From assembly GCA_965644295.1 (NCBI GenBank), contig CBFFRP010000351.1, positions 1-39,239 of the forward strand: a DNA stretch of 39,239 bases, in the 5' to 3' direction. This DNA comes from Paraphysomonas bandaiensis. Taxonomy: Eukaryota; Protista; Chrysophyceae. A program made the translations under genes and the position numbers. Under the pieces are notes generated by a model. It was given only the letters and a program-made list of their open reading frames with translations. It had not been told where the DNA came from and did no database searches. This document shows positions 1-10,407 of this stretch, one piece after another; within the stretch, counting starts at the first letter, position 1, and each line of letters begins with the position of its first letter.

Positions 1-3000
1 CACCAAAGGCAACGAAACCTTTCATCAGAATTTGTGGAGACTATAGAAGGATTAATAAGAGGAGATTCTTTCACCGCATTATCCGATCCCTGATGTGATT
101 ACTGAGTTACATAAAGCGGTAGGATATAAAATCTTTGTTGATCTTGATATATGCAATGCGTTCCATGGTATAAGATTACACAATGAAACATCAGCGTTGT
201 TGTCAGTTCAGACCCCATGGGGCCAATTTGAGCCAATGTTTCTTCCAGAAGGTGTCTCTCCGGCTAGTGGTGTTCTAATGCAAATAGTTTATGATGTCTT
301 TGCTGAATACTCGGAGTGGATGGTTGTAATTTTCGACAATCTATTGTTACTTGCATATGATTATGAGGATGCATTTCAGAAATTGAAGTTGGTCATTGAG
401 AAGTGCAAATATTATAACATTGTGTTAAAGTTGTCAAAAAGTAAGTTTGGATTTTCTTCAGTTGAGTTCTTCGGATATCTTTGTAAGGATAATACATATT
501 GTCTAACGGATCAGCGTAAAAGTGCAGTGACGTCAATTCCGTTTCCAGAAGGCAAGAATAAGACTAGAGAGATGCAGCGGTTTCTAGGAGCGGCGATTTA
601 CTTCAAGCCGTTTATTCCTCTGTACAGTGATTTGACTCATTACTTGAACGATACAACTAGAAAGGGTTTCAACTGGGATGAGAGTACTTGGAAAGTTGAT
701 TATCGTCATGAGTTTGAGGTTTTTAAGGAAGCTATTTTGCGTTCAATGATGCTATACCATCCAGATTATAATCTCAGGTGGATTTTAATGACTGATGCGT
801 CTGAGTATGCATGTGGTGGTGTTCTTATTCAGATTTTTATTAATGAGAACAACGAGGAGATTTTTCAGGTCATAGCTATGGTTTCTAAAAAATTTTCAGA
901 TCTTGCTTTCAAATGGTCAACTATAGACAAGGAATGTTTTGGAATATTCTATTCTATCTTTAAGTTGTCGTACTACTTGAGAGGAAAACACTTTACGATT
1001 ATGACGGATCATGCAAATCTAAAGTGGATGGAAATTTCAGTGGTTGACCGAATAGTTCGAATGAGAATGTTCATGCAAAACTTTGATATGGATTTGTTAC
1101 ATTTCAAAGGTAAACTAAATCGTTTCGCGGATTGGTTATCAAGAATGGGACAGGAGAGAGCAGCTTCTTGTGTCATGTTGTTAGATCTTTGTCTTGAAGA
1201 TTCATGTTCAGATATTGAATTGTGTCTAGGAGTGGAGTATGAGAATTCTAGTCTGTTGTCGGAAGACCAACTTTTTATGTATGATGAGAGTGGTATGTTG
1301 TCAGCGGAGGCAGATGATCTTGCTTGTGTTTCAGAATTCCCAGAGGAACTAGTCAAAGCCTTGGATGAGTTAGCTAGTCAGAATTTACAGCCAAAGTCTC
1401 TAAAAGAAGCTTTTGATCTAGTACACAATGGTAGAATGGGTCATCACGGAGCTAAGAGAACATGGTTGAAACTTAGTAAGGTATTTCCGGGTCATACCTT
1501 GACAACAGAAATTATCCAAGATTTTATTGATCGATGTCCTATTTGTCAAAAGTTAGGTTATGATATGAGTACATCGTTGCAAGCACCGATAAGAGCATTA
1601 AATCTTGATAATTGCAGACATTTTGTGGGTTTCGATACATTGACTGTTACTCCGGTAGATGCTAATGGTTATTGTTGTATTCATGTGGTGAAACAATTAC
1701 CATCTCGCCTAGTAGGAATATATCCAGCTCGTAATTACTCAGCAGAGGGAGTGGCACGTGCTTTGTTCAGTTACTTTGTCACATATGGAATTTCTGAAGT
1801 GATGGTATCGGATCCAGGTTCGAATATCACAGCTAGGGTTGTTCAGTTACTCCTGAAATGGTTTGGAGTCCGTTTTAGAATGTCGTTAGTGAATAGACAT
1901 GAGTCCAACATGGTGGAACGAAGTAATCGGGAATTATTGCGTTTTCTTAGTGCATTGGTTCATGACGAAAGATTAGAAAATTGGAGTGACCCAGAATGCT
2001 ATTTGTTGATACAATTTATTCTCAACGATGAAATTTCAAGTGAGACGGGTCTTTCACCTTTTGAGTTTACGTTTGGAACAATGGATTCAAAGTATTTTCA
2101 TATCCCTGACAGTTCTTCAGATGAATTTGCTTCTTCGACTTATATTTCCAATTTCAATGATAACCTTAAAGCTATCAGGAAAATTGCGTGTGAAGTTCAG
2201 AAGAAAATTCAGAATAAACGTATGTCCAAAACCCCAGCAGAGAAAATGACTCAATATCAACCAGGCCAGCTTGTTTTGTTTAAACTGGATGTAACGAAAC
2301 ATAAGCCGTCCAAATTATATCCTCGATTCAAAGGACCGTATGAAGTAGTATCCACGTACAAGGCCGATGTTATTTGTACTCATTTAGTAATGCGGTTTGA
2401 TGTGACGTTACATATGTCTTGGTTGAAGCCATTCTTTGGTAGCAAGGAGGAGGCTTTTCGCATAGCAATGATTGACTATAGGCAATTTTCTCTTGACAAA
2501 GTGGTGGCTTATAGAGGGGACCCCGAAAAAAGAACTACTATGGATTTCAGAGTTCTCTTCTCCGATCAATCGTTGTTGTGGATGCCATACTCTACTGATC
2601 TTGCGACAAGTGAAGCTTTTCATGAATATATTTTCAGTGTCCCTGAATTGTTTCCCTTACGTTTTTCTGCAAAGGAAGCAGTGCAACAGAAGACTAAACT
2701 CAAGAAGTGTGTTATATCCACTGTGATACCTGGAGACGTTGTCTTTGTTAATCTTCGAGCGTGGGGTGCAGACTTCTATGACGCTTTAGAATTACCTAAT
2801 GCATATGATACTCTTTATGTAGTTCAATGTGTCTATAAGCGTTGGGCGGGCCGCAAAAGGATCACTATTGATGTGTATTGTTCTCTCTTTAACTCTACTT
2901 TTGAATGGTCAGCCTATGATGTCCAGAACTATGGAACTACACGAGATTTTAACCCTGACACCATGGTTCTGGTAGACTCCGCCTTCTGTGCCAAATTTCC

Positions 3001-3016
3001 CAATATCCTCTCTTAA
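1..3016 (+). CDS. pol: Ty3/Gypsy-type Pol polyprotein (RT-RNase H-integrase-chromodomain-like), 5' truncated by the window edge, with a frameshift near nt 57-61
   Basis: Frame 3 nt 3-59 reads PKATKPFIRICGDYRRINK and continues in frame 2 as EILSPHYPIPDV...FVDLDICNAFH. RT core VIFDNLLL; RNase H TDASEYACGG, KECFG, TDHANL, ADWLSR; integrase HHCC (HNGRMGHHG...CPIC) and D,D,E (GFDTL, VSDPGS, MVERSN); GPY motif; chromodomain-like segment LDKVVAYRGDPEKRTTMDFRVLFSD. Domain order RT-RH-IN is Gypsy-type. Confidence 0.95.
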
Positions 3017-3081
3017 TTTAGAATTTTCCTAATTTCCGGAATCTCTTAATTTAGAATTTTCCTAATTTCCGGAATCTCTTA
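3009..3081 (+). repeat. 33-bp tandem duplication spanning the pol stop codon
   Basis: tctcttaatttagaattttcctaatttccggaa occurs twice (3009 and 3042) plus a 7-nt partial copy. Confidence 0.95.
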
Positions 3082-3087
3082 TCCGTT

Positions 3088-3106
3088 GGAAGGAAAAAGA
3101 GGGTAG
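3088..3106 (+). other. Polypurine tract of the Gypsy element
   Basis: ggaaggaaaaagagggtag lies immediately before TGTCAC. Confidence 0.85.
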
Positions 3107-3746
3107 TGTCACGCAGCAGTATACACTGCGTGTATTTGTATATAGAATACTGTGCTGTATATAGTGTGTATATATCGTATATATCTGGAGCAGTATATGG
3201 TATATATATGGTATACATATGCATATAGAGGTTGTCATATACAGGGTATATTCACTGTATTTGGGACTTACCTTTATCAGTTTACGACATTCGAGGCTTT
3301 CAGTTTAGTAGCTGAGATACGTTTTTCAGTTTCTGACGGCGATTCACATTTGATTTGGACTGAAGTCCAGAACTTCGAAGTTTTAGTACAAAATACGTGA
3401 TTTCGTAGATAGTCGAAGTTTTCGTATGTGAATATTGGTTTTAGTACGTGAATATTGTTTTTCGAGTGTGAAGTGTTGATCGTAGTGTAGTGTTGATCTA
3501 CGTTGAACGAGATGGGTGTTTGCTCATTCTTGTCGCTGACTTTATAATTTACTTTTCTTAAAGAGCACCTACGGTTTGTTAGTGTTTCTGGCAGTGCGCC
3601 CGTCGTTGCGCCCTGGACAGTATCGCAGCCCGCTGGCGGATACTATTTTGGTGGGTTGTAGAGTTTAGACAAGAGATCATCTTTTCTTGGTCCATTCAGA
3701 GTTGAGTCACGGTTTGTGAGTCATCTGCGGGCACAGAAAAGTTACA
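3107..3746 (+). mobile_element. 3' LTR of the Gypsy element (about 640 bp)
   Basis: Starts TGTCACGCAG right after the PPT and ends cagaaaagTTACA. The end was placed by similarity to the solo LTR at 29178-29640 (shared TGTCACGCAG start, gcagcccgctgg motif and cagaaa..caca end). Confidence 0.75.
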
Positions 3747-4199
3747 CACCCCCAGAGCCGTGCCCCCCAAGAGACCTCGTCCCCAACGCGGGCCTGTCAA
3801 CCCGATCCGGAGGCAGACGACACTCATTCCCGACAGAACTCCAACCGCAACTAGCGAACCCAAAACCCCCGCTGCCACACATTCACAGAATGGCACGTCA
3901 CCCCCCTCCCCCCGGCTCGCACACGGAACTGGACCACCAGACACACTACCCAAAGGAAGACCACCTGACTAAACGTAAAACAAGGGATGGTTGCACCAAG
4001 GTGCTTGCAGCAATGCACAAGAAGCAACCTTAAGACAAACGTGGGACAAATGTTGAAATTTGGGACTTTTGATTGAAAGCTATATTCTACGAGTATTTTT
4101 AATGTTGATTTGTCCCTATACGTGTTATTCGAGTAGTTTGCAAGAAGTTTTCATAATAATAATATGATATTTTAATAAAATATATGAATCATCTATTCT

Positions 4200-4715
4200 T
4201 TATAAGTGGTAACCGTGCGTCTGTTACTCCGAACTTCAGGACTCCACGCCAGTTGTTGAACTTAGACAACAACCCAAATGAGAGAGGGGTGCTCAGTGCA
4301 GATACTATGGAGGTCCTAAACACGCCATCGATGGAAGGCTACAAAAACACGTGTTACTGTTCAAGCACAGTGATGCGAAACATGTATGGACTTTTATGGC
4401 TTGAAACACAAGACTGGGAGTGAAGTGTTAAAGTGTATGAAGGACATGGTAGAGACCCAACTTGTCAAAGAAGGATTACAACTACGACAATGTCATGCAG
4501 ATGGCGCAGGAGAACTAGTAGGGCAACATGTCAGGTAGTAGTACATACGTGAAACCAACAGCACAAGGACTATGTACAGGTTACTTGGACGACGACTCCA
4601 CGTGACACCCAAAATGAATTCGCTGTCGGAACACACTAATCGTACTGTGAAGGAGATGGCCCTCTTGCTATCTTGCTCGATTGTGGCATCAATATTTTGG
4701 TTCAAAGCAGTGCTG
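4200..4715 (+). pseudogene. Degenerate Ty1/Copia integrase fragment
   Basis: Broken frames give LSADTMEV..., CHADGAGEL, PKMNSLSEHTNRTVKEMA and FWFKAV, similar to the copia integrase at 28345-29177. Contains stops and frameshifts. Confidence 0.8.
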
Positions 4716-4910
4716 AAGTTGTTGTGATGAACAAACCTGGAGAAACGCTCTAAACCTGGTGAAATTTTAAAAATGTCGATTTTAGTTGTGTTTTTATGTG
4801 TTTTGCAATAAGTAATAATGTAGTAGGTGTATAGAGATCATGTTTTTAGAGACATTTAATATATTTTATATAAGTTACAGCAGGTCCAAAAAGTGAGAAT
4901 GTAACGGTTA
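4716..4910. mobile_element. Terminal sequence of a DUF7869/Sola-like DNA transposon (copy 1)
   Basis: About 190 bp clearly similar to 35680-35869 (aagttg.tgtgatgaa.aaacctggagaa.cgctctaaa.ctggtgaaatttt.aaaatgtcgattt...gtgagaatgtaacggtta). It abruptly truncates the copia integrase. Confidence 0.7.
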
Positions 4911-4989
4911 ATGAAACGGTTAATACATACATGCATACTATTATATAGTACTATATTATATATATATATTATTACAAAGTACTATCTAT

Positions 4990-5990
4990 TATCGTCTGAG
5001 TCATTGACGATTATAATATCACCACAATCCCAGCCCTCCTCCCTCCTCCTGGCATCAAGCATTGCCTTCTTTGCACGTGCTTCTTTCTTTCAACATTTGT
5101 CTTCTTCCTCGCCGCACGCTGCTCTTCTCTGTCGGGGTATACATTGAGCAAGACTCCGACCATATCGGTGGGTGTAGAACCATCACAATTCCGGACGACA
5201 ACTCGTGGAGGTATCTTCCATGCGCCGGAAGTTTTGTTTCCGTTGTGTAGAACACAAGCCGTAGCCTTGACCCTCTCCTAATTCCGTCTGCATGATGGGA
5301 TCCTTATAACAGCCCTCCGCGTACTCCTCTATGTCTGCATTCCACTTCAAAATCGGACACTCCAGTCCCAATGAATATAGGGCATCTCTTAGTGGAATAA
5401 ATATTCCACCAATTTCGGTGACAAAATCTTTAGCACTATTACTCTTGGGAGAAATCTCCAGCCACTCTTTCCATTCCTCGGCCACCTTCGGCTTATGTGT
5501 TGAATATTGTTCTATCATTTTCTTGCACAGAGCTGAAGTTAACTCAAAAGATCCAGCTATTAAGGGGACTGGGGAAAAGTCACCGCTCTTGGAAGATTCT
5601 TCAAGAAGTTCAAAGGCTTCTCACTAGGGAGAGGATAACTCCGCACTTCACAAAGTTGAGCAACGAGGCCACAGAGAGACTGCTGGTCAGTGTCTTCACT
5701 CGACAATTTTGATGTATTCCTTTGAGGCATATGCCCAATATGATATATTCACGCCAAGAGGATGTTCAGTCAACTCGGCAGGAGTGACCACCCTCTCAAA
5801 CGTGAACCGCAGCTGGGTCCACTCCTCCTTTGCGAAAAGCGGCCAATATCTACATCAATACACCCTTCCAAAATCTTGCAGTTAATCAGGAAGGACAAGT
5901 AAATCCATCACTGAAACTTCAACTTTCTTCTTCAATGCTCTATAAATCAGAGTAGAAATTCCGAGGGAGTACAGATGTATTCATCACACG
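4990..5990 (-). pseudogene. Degenerate C-terminal part of a putative DUF7869/Sola-like transposase
   Basis: Broken minus-strand frames read DEYICTPSEF, MDLLVLPD, AKEEWTQLRFTFE...HPLGVNISYWAYA and EEWKEWLEISP...FIPLRDAL. It lies next to the terminus shared with the element at 32-36 kb. Family assignment is from motif recall only. Confidence 0.5.
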
Positions 5991-5992
5991 CA

Positions 5993-6131
5993 GCATTGCA
6001 ATATATTGTAATATGTATATTGCAATACATTGTAATAGTATCAATAAACTCTTAAAAAACAATTGAACTAGGTATTGGCGGGACGACACGTCACAATAGT
6101 ATTGCAATATATATTGTTCCCTAGAGCCCTG
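5993..6131. mobile_element. hAT-type MITE end fragment
   Basis: AT-rich caatagtattgcaatatat subterminal repeats ending in ccctg. Similar ends occur at 27468-27533 and similar repeats near 21940-22045. Confidence 0.55.
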
Positions 6132-6440
6132 ATATACACTTTATGTGTGCAGTATACATATATATCATGACATATCTACATATCGCACAACATATATATG
6201 TAACAGAGACATAATATATATATAATATATAAGCTTGCAGTTTTTATATAATATATGACATACATACATAGATATTTTTTGAAGAATACAAGACGTGTGA
6301 AGTATTCATATGGGCACATATATATATGCAGTACATTTGTAACAGTGACACACACTTATATATATGGGCAGCACGCGTATGTAACAGAGATTTATATTTG
6401 TGACATATATATACATATAATAATTCGTACATATATATGT

Positions 6441-6506
6441 GTACAGACCACTGCTTCGTACAGACCACTGCTTCGTATATGTATAATTCGTACAGACCAC
6501 TGCTTC
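6441..6506 (+). repeat. 17-bp repeat gtacagaccactgcttc x3
   Basis: Two adjacent copies and a third after a short AT-rich spacer. Confidence 0.9.
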
Positions 6507-7022
6507 CTCAATTGTCGATATCGATTACGAGGCGATATAGTATATTGACTGTGCAGCGTCAGTACGAGGGTCCCACACACACAGTGTGATGATCAAATGG
6601 AGGGTACCGTAAAATCATGTAATCAGTACGTACAGTCATGACAGGTGATATATAGGTCCTTCTTCCAGACAGAGACAGTCTATGGCAACACCCTTAGTCA
6701 CCATTAATTGGGAATGGATATATGAACCACACAGAGGCATAGAATAACGGTAGAGAAGCCGTAGACACATCCATCTGACTGCAGGAAAAGCACGTATACA
6801 CTGTGTACGTACTATTGGTGATTATAGAAGCTACATATGTGCATTTACAGGCCACTTGTTGAATATCGAGCCATGTACACATATATACCATATATTAGGG
6901 TAAGGATACAACATAAATATATATATATATTCTGTAGTAGGGTCACGACCCATACATATATTATGTGTGGGCGAAGGAGAGAAACTAGGTTAGTATGTAC
7001 GCATGTATACATGAATACATCC

Positions 7023-7320
7023 AGTTGAAGTATAAACTTCGCTTCCGTAGTTTCTCTATTGCATACGCACGACGTATCTTGAATGAATGGATATCACATC
7101 ACATGCATGCATATCCACACACTTAGTACAATGTATCGACATGTTACATCTGTAAACTCTAATCATTATTCTCAATTCACCAAGTCAATACCTTGTAGTT
7201 CAACTTGGTAGCGGATTCTCGCGATCTATAACCTTTGTTTGCCCTTTTACTCATCAGCATGGCTCTCCCTGTCTCCAAAAACCCTATCCAGGAGAAAAAT
7301 CAATACCTTGTAGTTCAACT
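7023..7320 (+). mobile_element. 298-bp internally deleted LTR retrotransposon (AGTT...AACT family) with 5-bp TSD CATCC
   Basis: Full 5' LTR 7023-7205 is similar to the LTRs at 23649 and 26282. It is followed by PBS tggtagcgga, a gag-like start ATGGCTCTCCCT..., and only the last about 21 nt of the 3' LTR (tcaataccttgtagttcaact). CATCC lies at 7018-7022 and 7321-7325. Confidence 0.88.
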
Positions 7321-7738
7321 CATCCAAACTATAATAATAATAACTCTTCAATAGAATTATATATCATAGCCCAGAACAAACATTGTACTCATGATTGGCA
7401 TATAAAATAGAGCATATAGAATAGAAGATAGTGCTAATGATTATAAACCTGCTTTAAACCTGCACAGGTTTACAAGGCGGCCAATAGATGTCATGAGACC
7501 ATCCCTCTCTGCTCGGCACCGAGCGTCGGCGCCTGTTTTGGACAATTTTTAGCGCCAACAGCAAAAGAAAAAAACTTACTACTCGTATCTTCTAATCTAA
7601 TCATAACTACCATCTACATCTCATCTCATACTACACTACTTCTTATTCTTGAGCCATAACCCATAACAACCTCCTATATCACCCATACTTCTTGTCGTAC
7701 CCAATTTTGCTATACTAGAGAAACATACGTATTCCAAC

Positions 7739-8363
7739 CAGGCTTGCGTAACAATTAATTGGTTTTCAATTTATTAGCAATAATTGCCAATTAAATTATT
7801 TGGTTTTAATAGTGATAATTCTAATTATTATTATTGGAAATTGTTGTCAATTAATTGGCAATTGATTGGCTGGCTAAATTATATATAGCATCTTTTTAAG
7901 ATGTATAGGTACTGATCATAGATACAAAAACCCAACCGCGCTGAAAAACCACAGGTGCGACGCTTTTTGAGAAATGATGTATCTGCACACGAAGGTAAGA
8001 TGAAGAGAAAGATGATGATGAGGAAGTCGAGCCCATTCGTTTACTTAAAGACAACCGAAAGCGCAAAAAAGCACGCATCAAACTGCCAACACAATATCGT
8101 TGCATCATGAAGCATTTGTATAGCACTACCAATGTTTGTGAGAGGTTGTTTAGCAGAGCTAATATTGTTATGACTGATTTTCGCAAGCGAATGACACCTA
8201 GACACCTTGAAATGTTGATGTTTCTGCGTGCAAATCGGCATCTTTGGGATGAGATTATAGTTCAGAAGATTATTCTAAAATCTAGCAATAGAATTGAAGG
8301 CAACTAATAATTGCAATTATTTTTGTTGGACATCTGTCACCACTTAATTGTTACGAAAGCCTG
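7739..8363 (+). mobile_element. Non-autonomous hAT transposon (625 bp) retaining the C-terminal dimerization domain
   Basis: TIRs CAGGCTTGCGTAACAATTAA and TTAATTGTTACGAAAGCCTG (19/20); 8-bp TSD ATTCCAAC; ORF 8107-8307 TTNVCERLFSRANIVMTDFRKRMTPRHLEMLMFLRAN. Confidence 0.93.
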
Positions 8364-8459
8364 ATTCCAACATCCAACATAAACTACATTACGAGGACAA
8401 GCTATAATAACCTTGGGAAAAGAAGTATGATTGAATTAGAGAACCTTACGTATTTCAAC

Positions 8460-8552
8460 AGCAGCTAATTGGAAACATTTACCAAATAATAATAATGATT
8501 ATCATTTTTTATATCAATTAATAGAAAACCAATTCGTTATTACGCAAGCCTG
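8460..8552. mobile_element. Isolated hAT terminus fragment
   Basis: Ends aaaaccaattcgttattacgcaagcctg, which resembles the reverse complement of the 7739 TIR region. Confidence 0.6.
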
Positions 8553-9041
8553 GACACGGAGGTATATTACTACAACATAACACGTTGCCCAATAAGGATG
8601 TCAGGTTCATGTAATTGCTGTCGTGGTGAATTACAATGCTAATAATTCTAAAGGAGGTCCACTAGCTACATGTCATCTAGTAACCACAAGCCTAGAGTCT
8701 TAGCAGCCACACAATGGCTATCTGTTAAATTGTTCGTCTCATACGGCTATCCTCCCAAATCGAACAGGTGAGGACCCACGCCCACCAAAGTTACTGGCTC
8801 GTATCCGCCGTAAAACGAAACCGCACCTGGAATATTCGTGTACTTCCACAATTTCTTTTTATGAGTAAACACAACACCACCGCTTGGACGTCCGGTGTTT
8901 GGTGGAGGAGAGGGAGCGCCCATTACAACACCAGAAACACCTAACGGAACAAAGTCCCGAGAAAATCGCCATTTAGCTTCTTTGTGTAAAATGCTTCCCG
9001 TCGCTCTGTTTTACAATAGATTAATGCACACCTGAAACAAG

Positions 9042-9990
9042 TCAATCATATACTGTAACAACAGTGACGTCATCCGCAATACAGCGCAAACATGTCGGTG
9101 CTTTACCTGCAATCCCAACGATCGTTGCAAACAAGTCAGTAACATGCATTGAGCCATCGTAAGATGTTCCTTTTAGATTATGTGAACTGGAGACCACAGA
9201 CCCACTTATGAATGCTGGAACCCGAACCCCGCCCTCCAAAAATGATCGTGTTCGGCCTTGTTGCCCGCCATTCTTCGACCCAAAGCTGCGCACACCTCCA
9301 TTGTCCGAGGCGTGCACAACGAGAATGTCATCTAGCATTCTCTTACTGTTCAGAGCAGTCAACACATCACGGGCCATGTCATCAACTCCAGCCATCACCA
9401 TGCACAGCAGCTGACGGCCATTGAACGGCAAGTTGGGGGGAAATGGGTAATCCCTGCGCATCGAGCAGCATGGTCCGTGGAGACGTTCGGTTGCAACGGC
9501 GAGTGAGGCGCAGTAGGAGCAAGATACAAAAACAACGGTTGCGAAGGTTTGTGCTACGTGATTTCACTTACAGCCCTGTCAGCCAACACTGCTGTGTCAT
9601 GCTTTCCAGAACCTGCATGGATACGTCTGGAACACCATTATAACTTAAATCGTATCCAATAGTAGGTGTACATGTAGTCTGTGCATACATTCGAGTCAGC
9701 TTAATACCTTCATTGCAAGGGTGTCAAGAGCTGGAGTTGCAAGAGCAAACTGACGATCACAATACCCAACATTGTCTAGACCTTGGTCGCCTGTCAACAC
9801 CAGCAGAACATGTTTGGCCGATGTTTTCTTCAGGTCACGGAGATTTTCCGAGTTGCCTTGCACCGCACACTAAAATATCAGGATGGAGAGCACAAGCGAC
9901 ACCCATGCATTCCTATTACACTGCTACAGTCGTGTGACTTAATAGCAGCTTTCATTAGGTCCATCAAGCGACCTCTTCCCGGCTGTTCAC
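9042..9990 (-). pseudogene. Arylsulfatase (sulfatase family) pseudogene
   Basis: Minus-strand fragments read PLFLYLAPTAPHSPLQ, MAGVDD, SDNGG, FLEGGVRVPAFI and MHVTDLFATI. A degenerate CxPxR-like stretch lies near 9975-9990. Many frameshifts and stops. Confidence 0.8.
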
Positions 9991-10407
9991 ATATTTCAGT
10001 GTGTTTTGATCGAAGGCACCATGTGGTTATCGTTTCATCGTTTCAATGATTAAAAGTGAGTATGAATCTTCATAACTATATAATGTAATAATGTATGTTG
10101 TAGTACGTAGCACGCTTTCGACCGTTTACTAAAACAGCCGTTGACATCATAACTTACTTCTCTCACAAGGACATTTTGTGTGTATATTTTGGTATATCTA
10201 TTTTTTTAACGTTTGAAAGGGTAAAAAAAGGGAACTTCTACAGTACCACTTCTGCCTGAACTTTGAGCAGCAAGAATTCGTCAACACAGAGCATTTAGCT
10301 GTTAACAGTTGTTTAATTAAGCGCAGTGCTCGCCTTATAATGATATTCTTACTAAATGAGATGTAAGTGCCATGTAAAGTACGATATTTCCTGGGCCAAG
10401 TGTGGTG

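Noticed and set aside
3747-4033. GC-rich Pro-rich ORFs after the Gypsy LTR
   Set aside because: Low-complexity frames with no domain signal. Possibly the interrupted target sequence, but unassignable.
6244-7028. Cluster of small Tyr/Ile/Cys-rich ORFs
   Set aside because: Artefacts of TA/CA-rich low-complexity sequence.
6933-7465. Possible TG...CA solo LTR hosting the 7023 insertion
   Set aside because: No matching TSD, no second copy and no convincing PBS.
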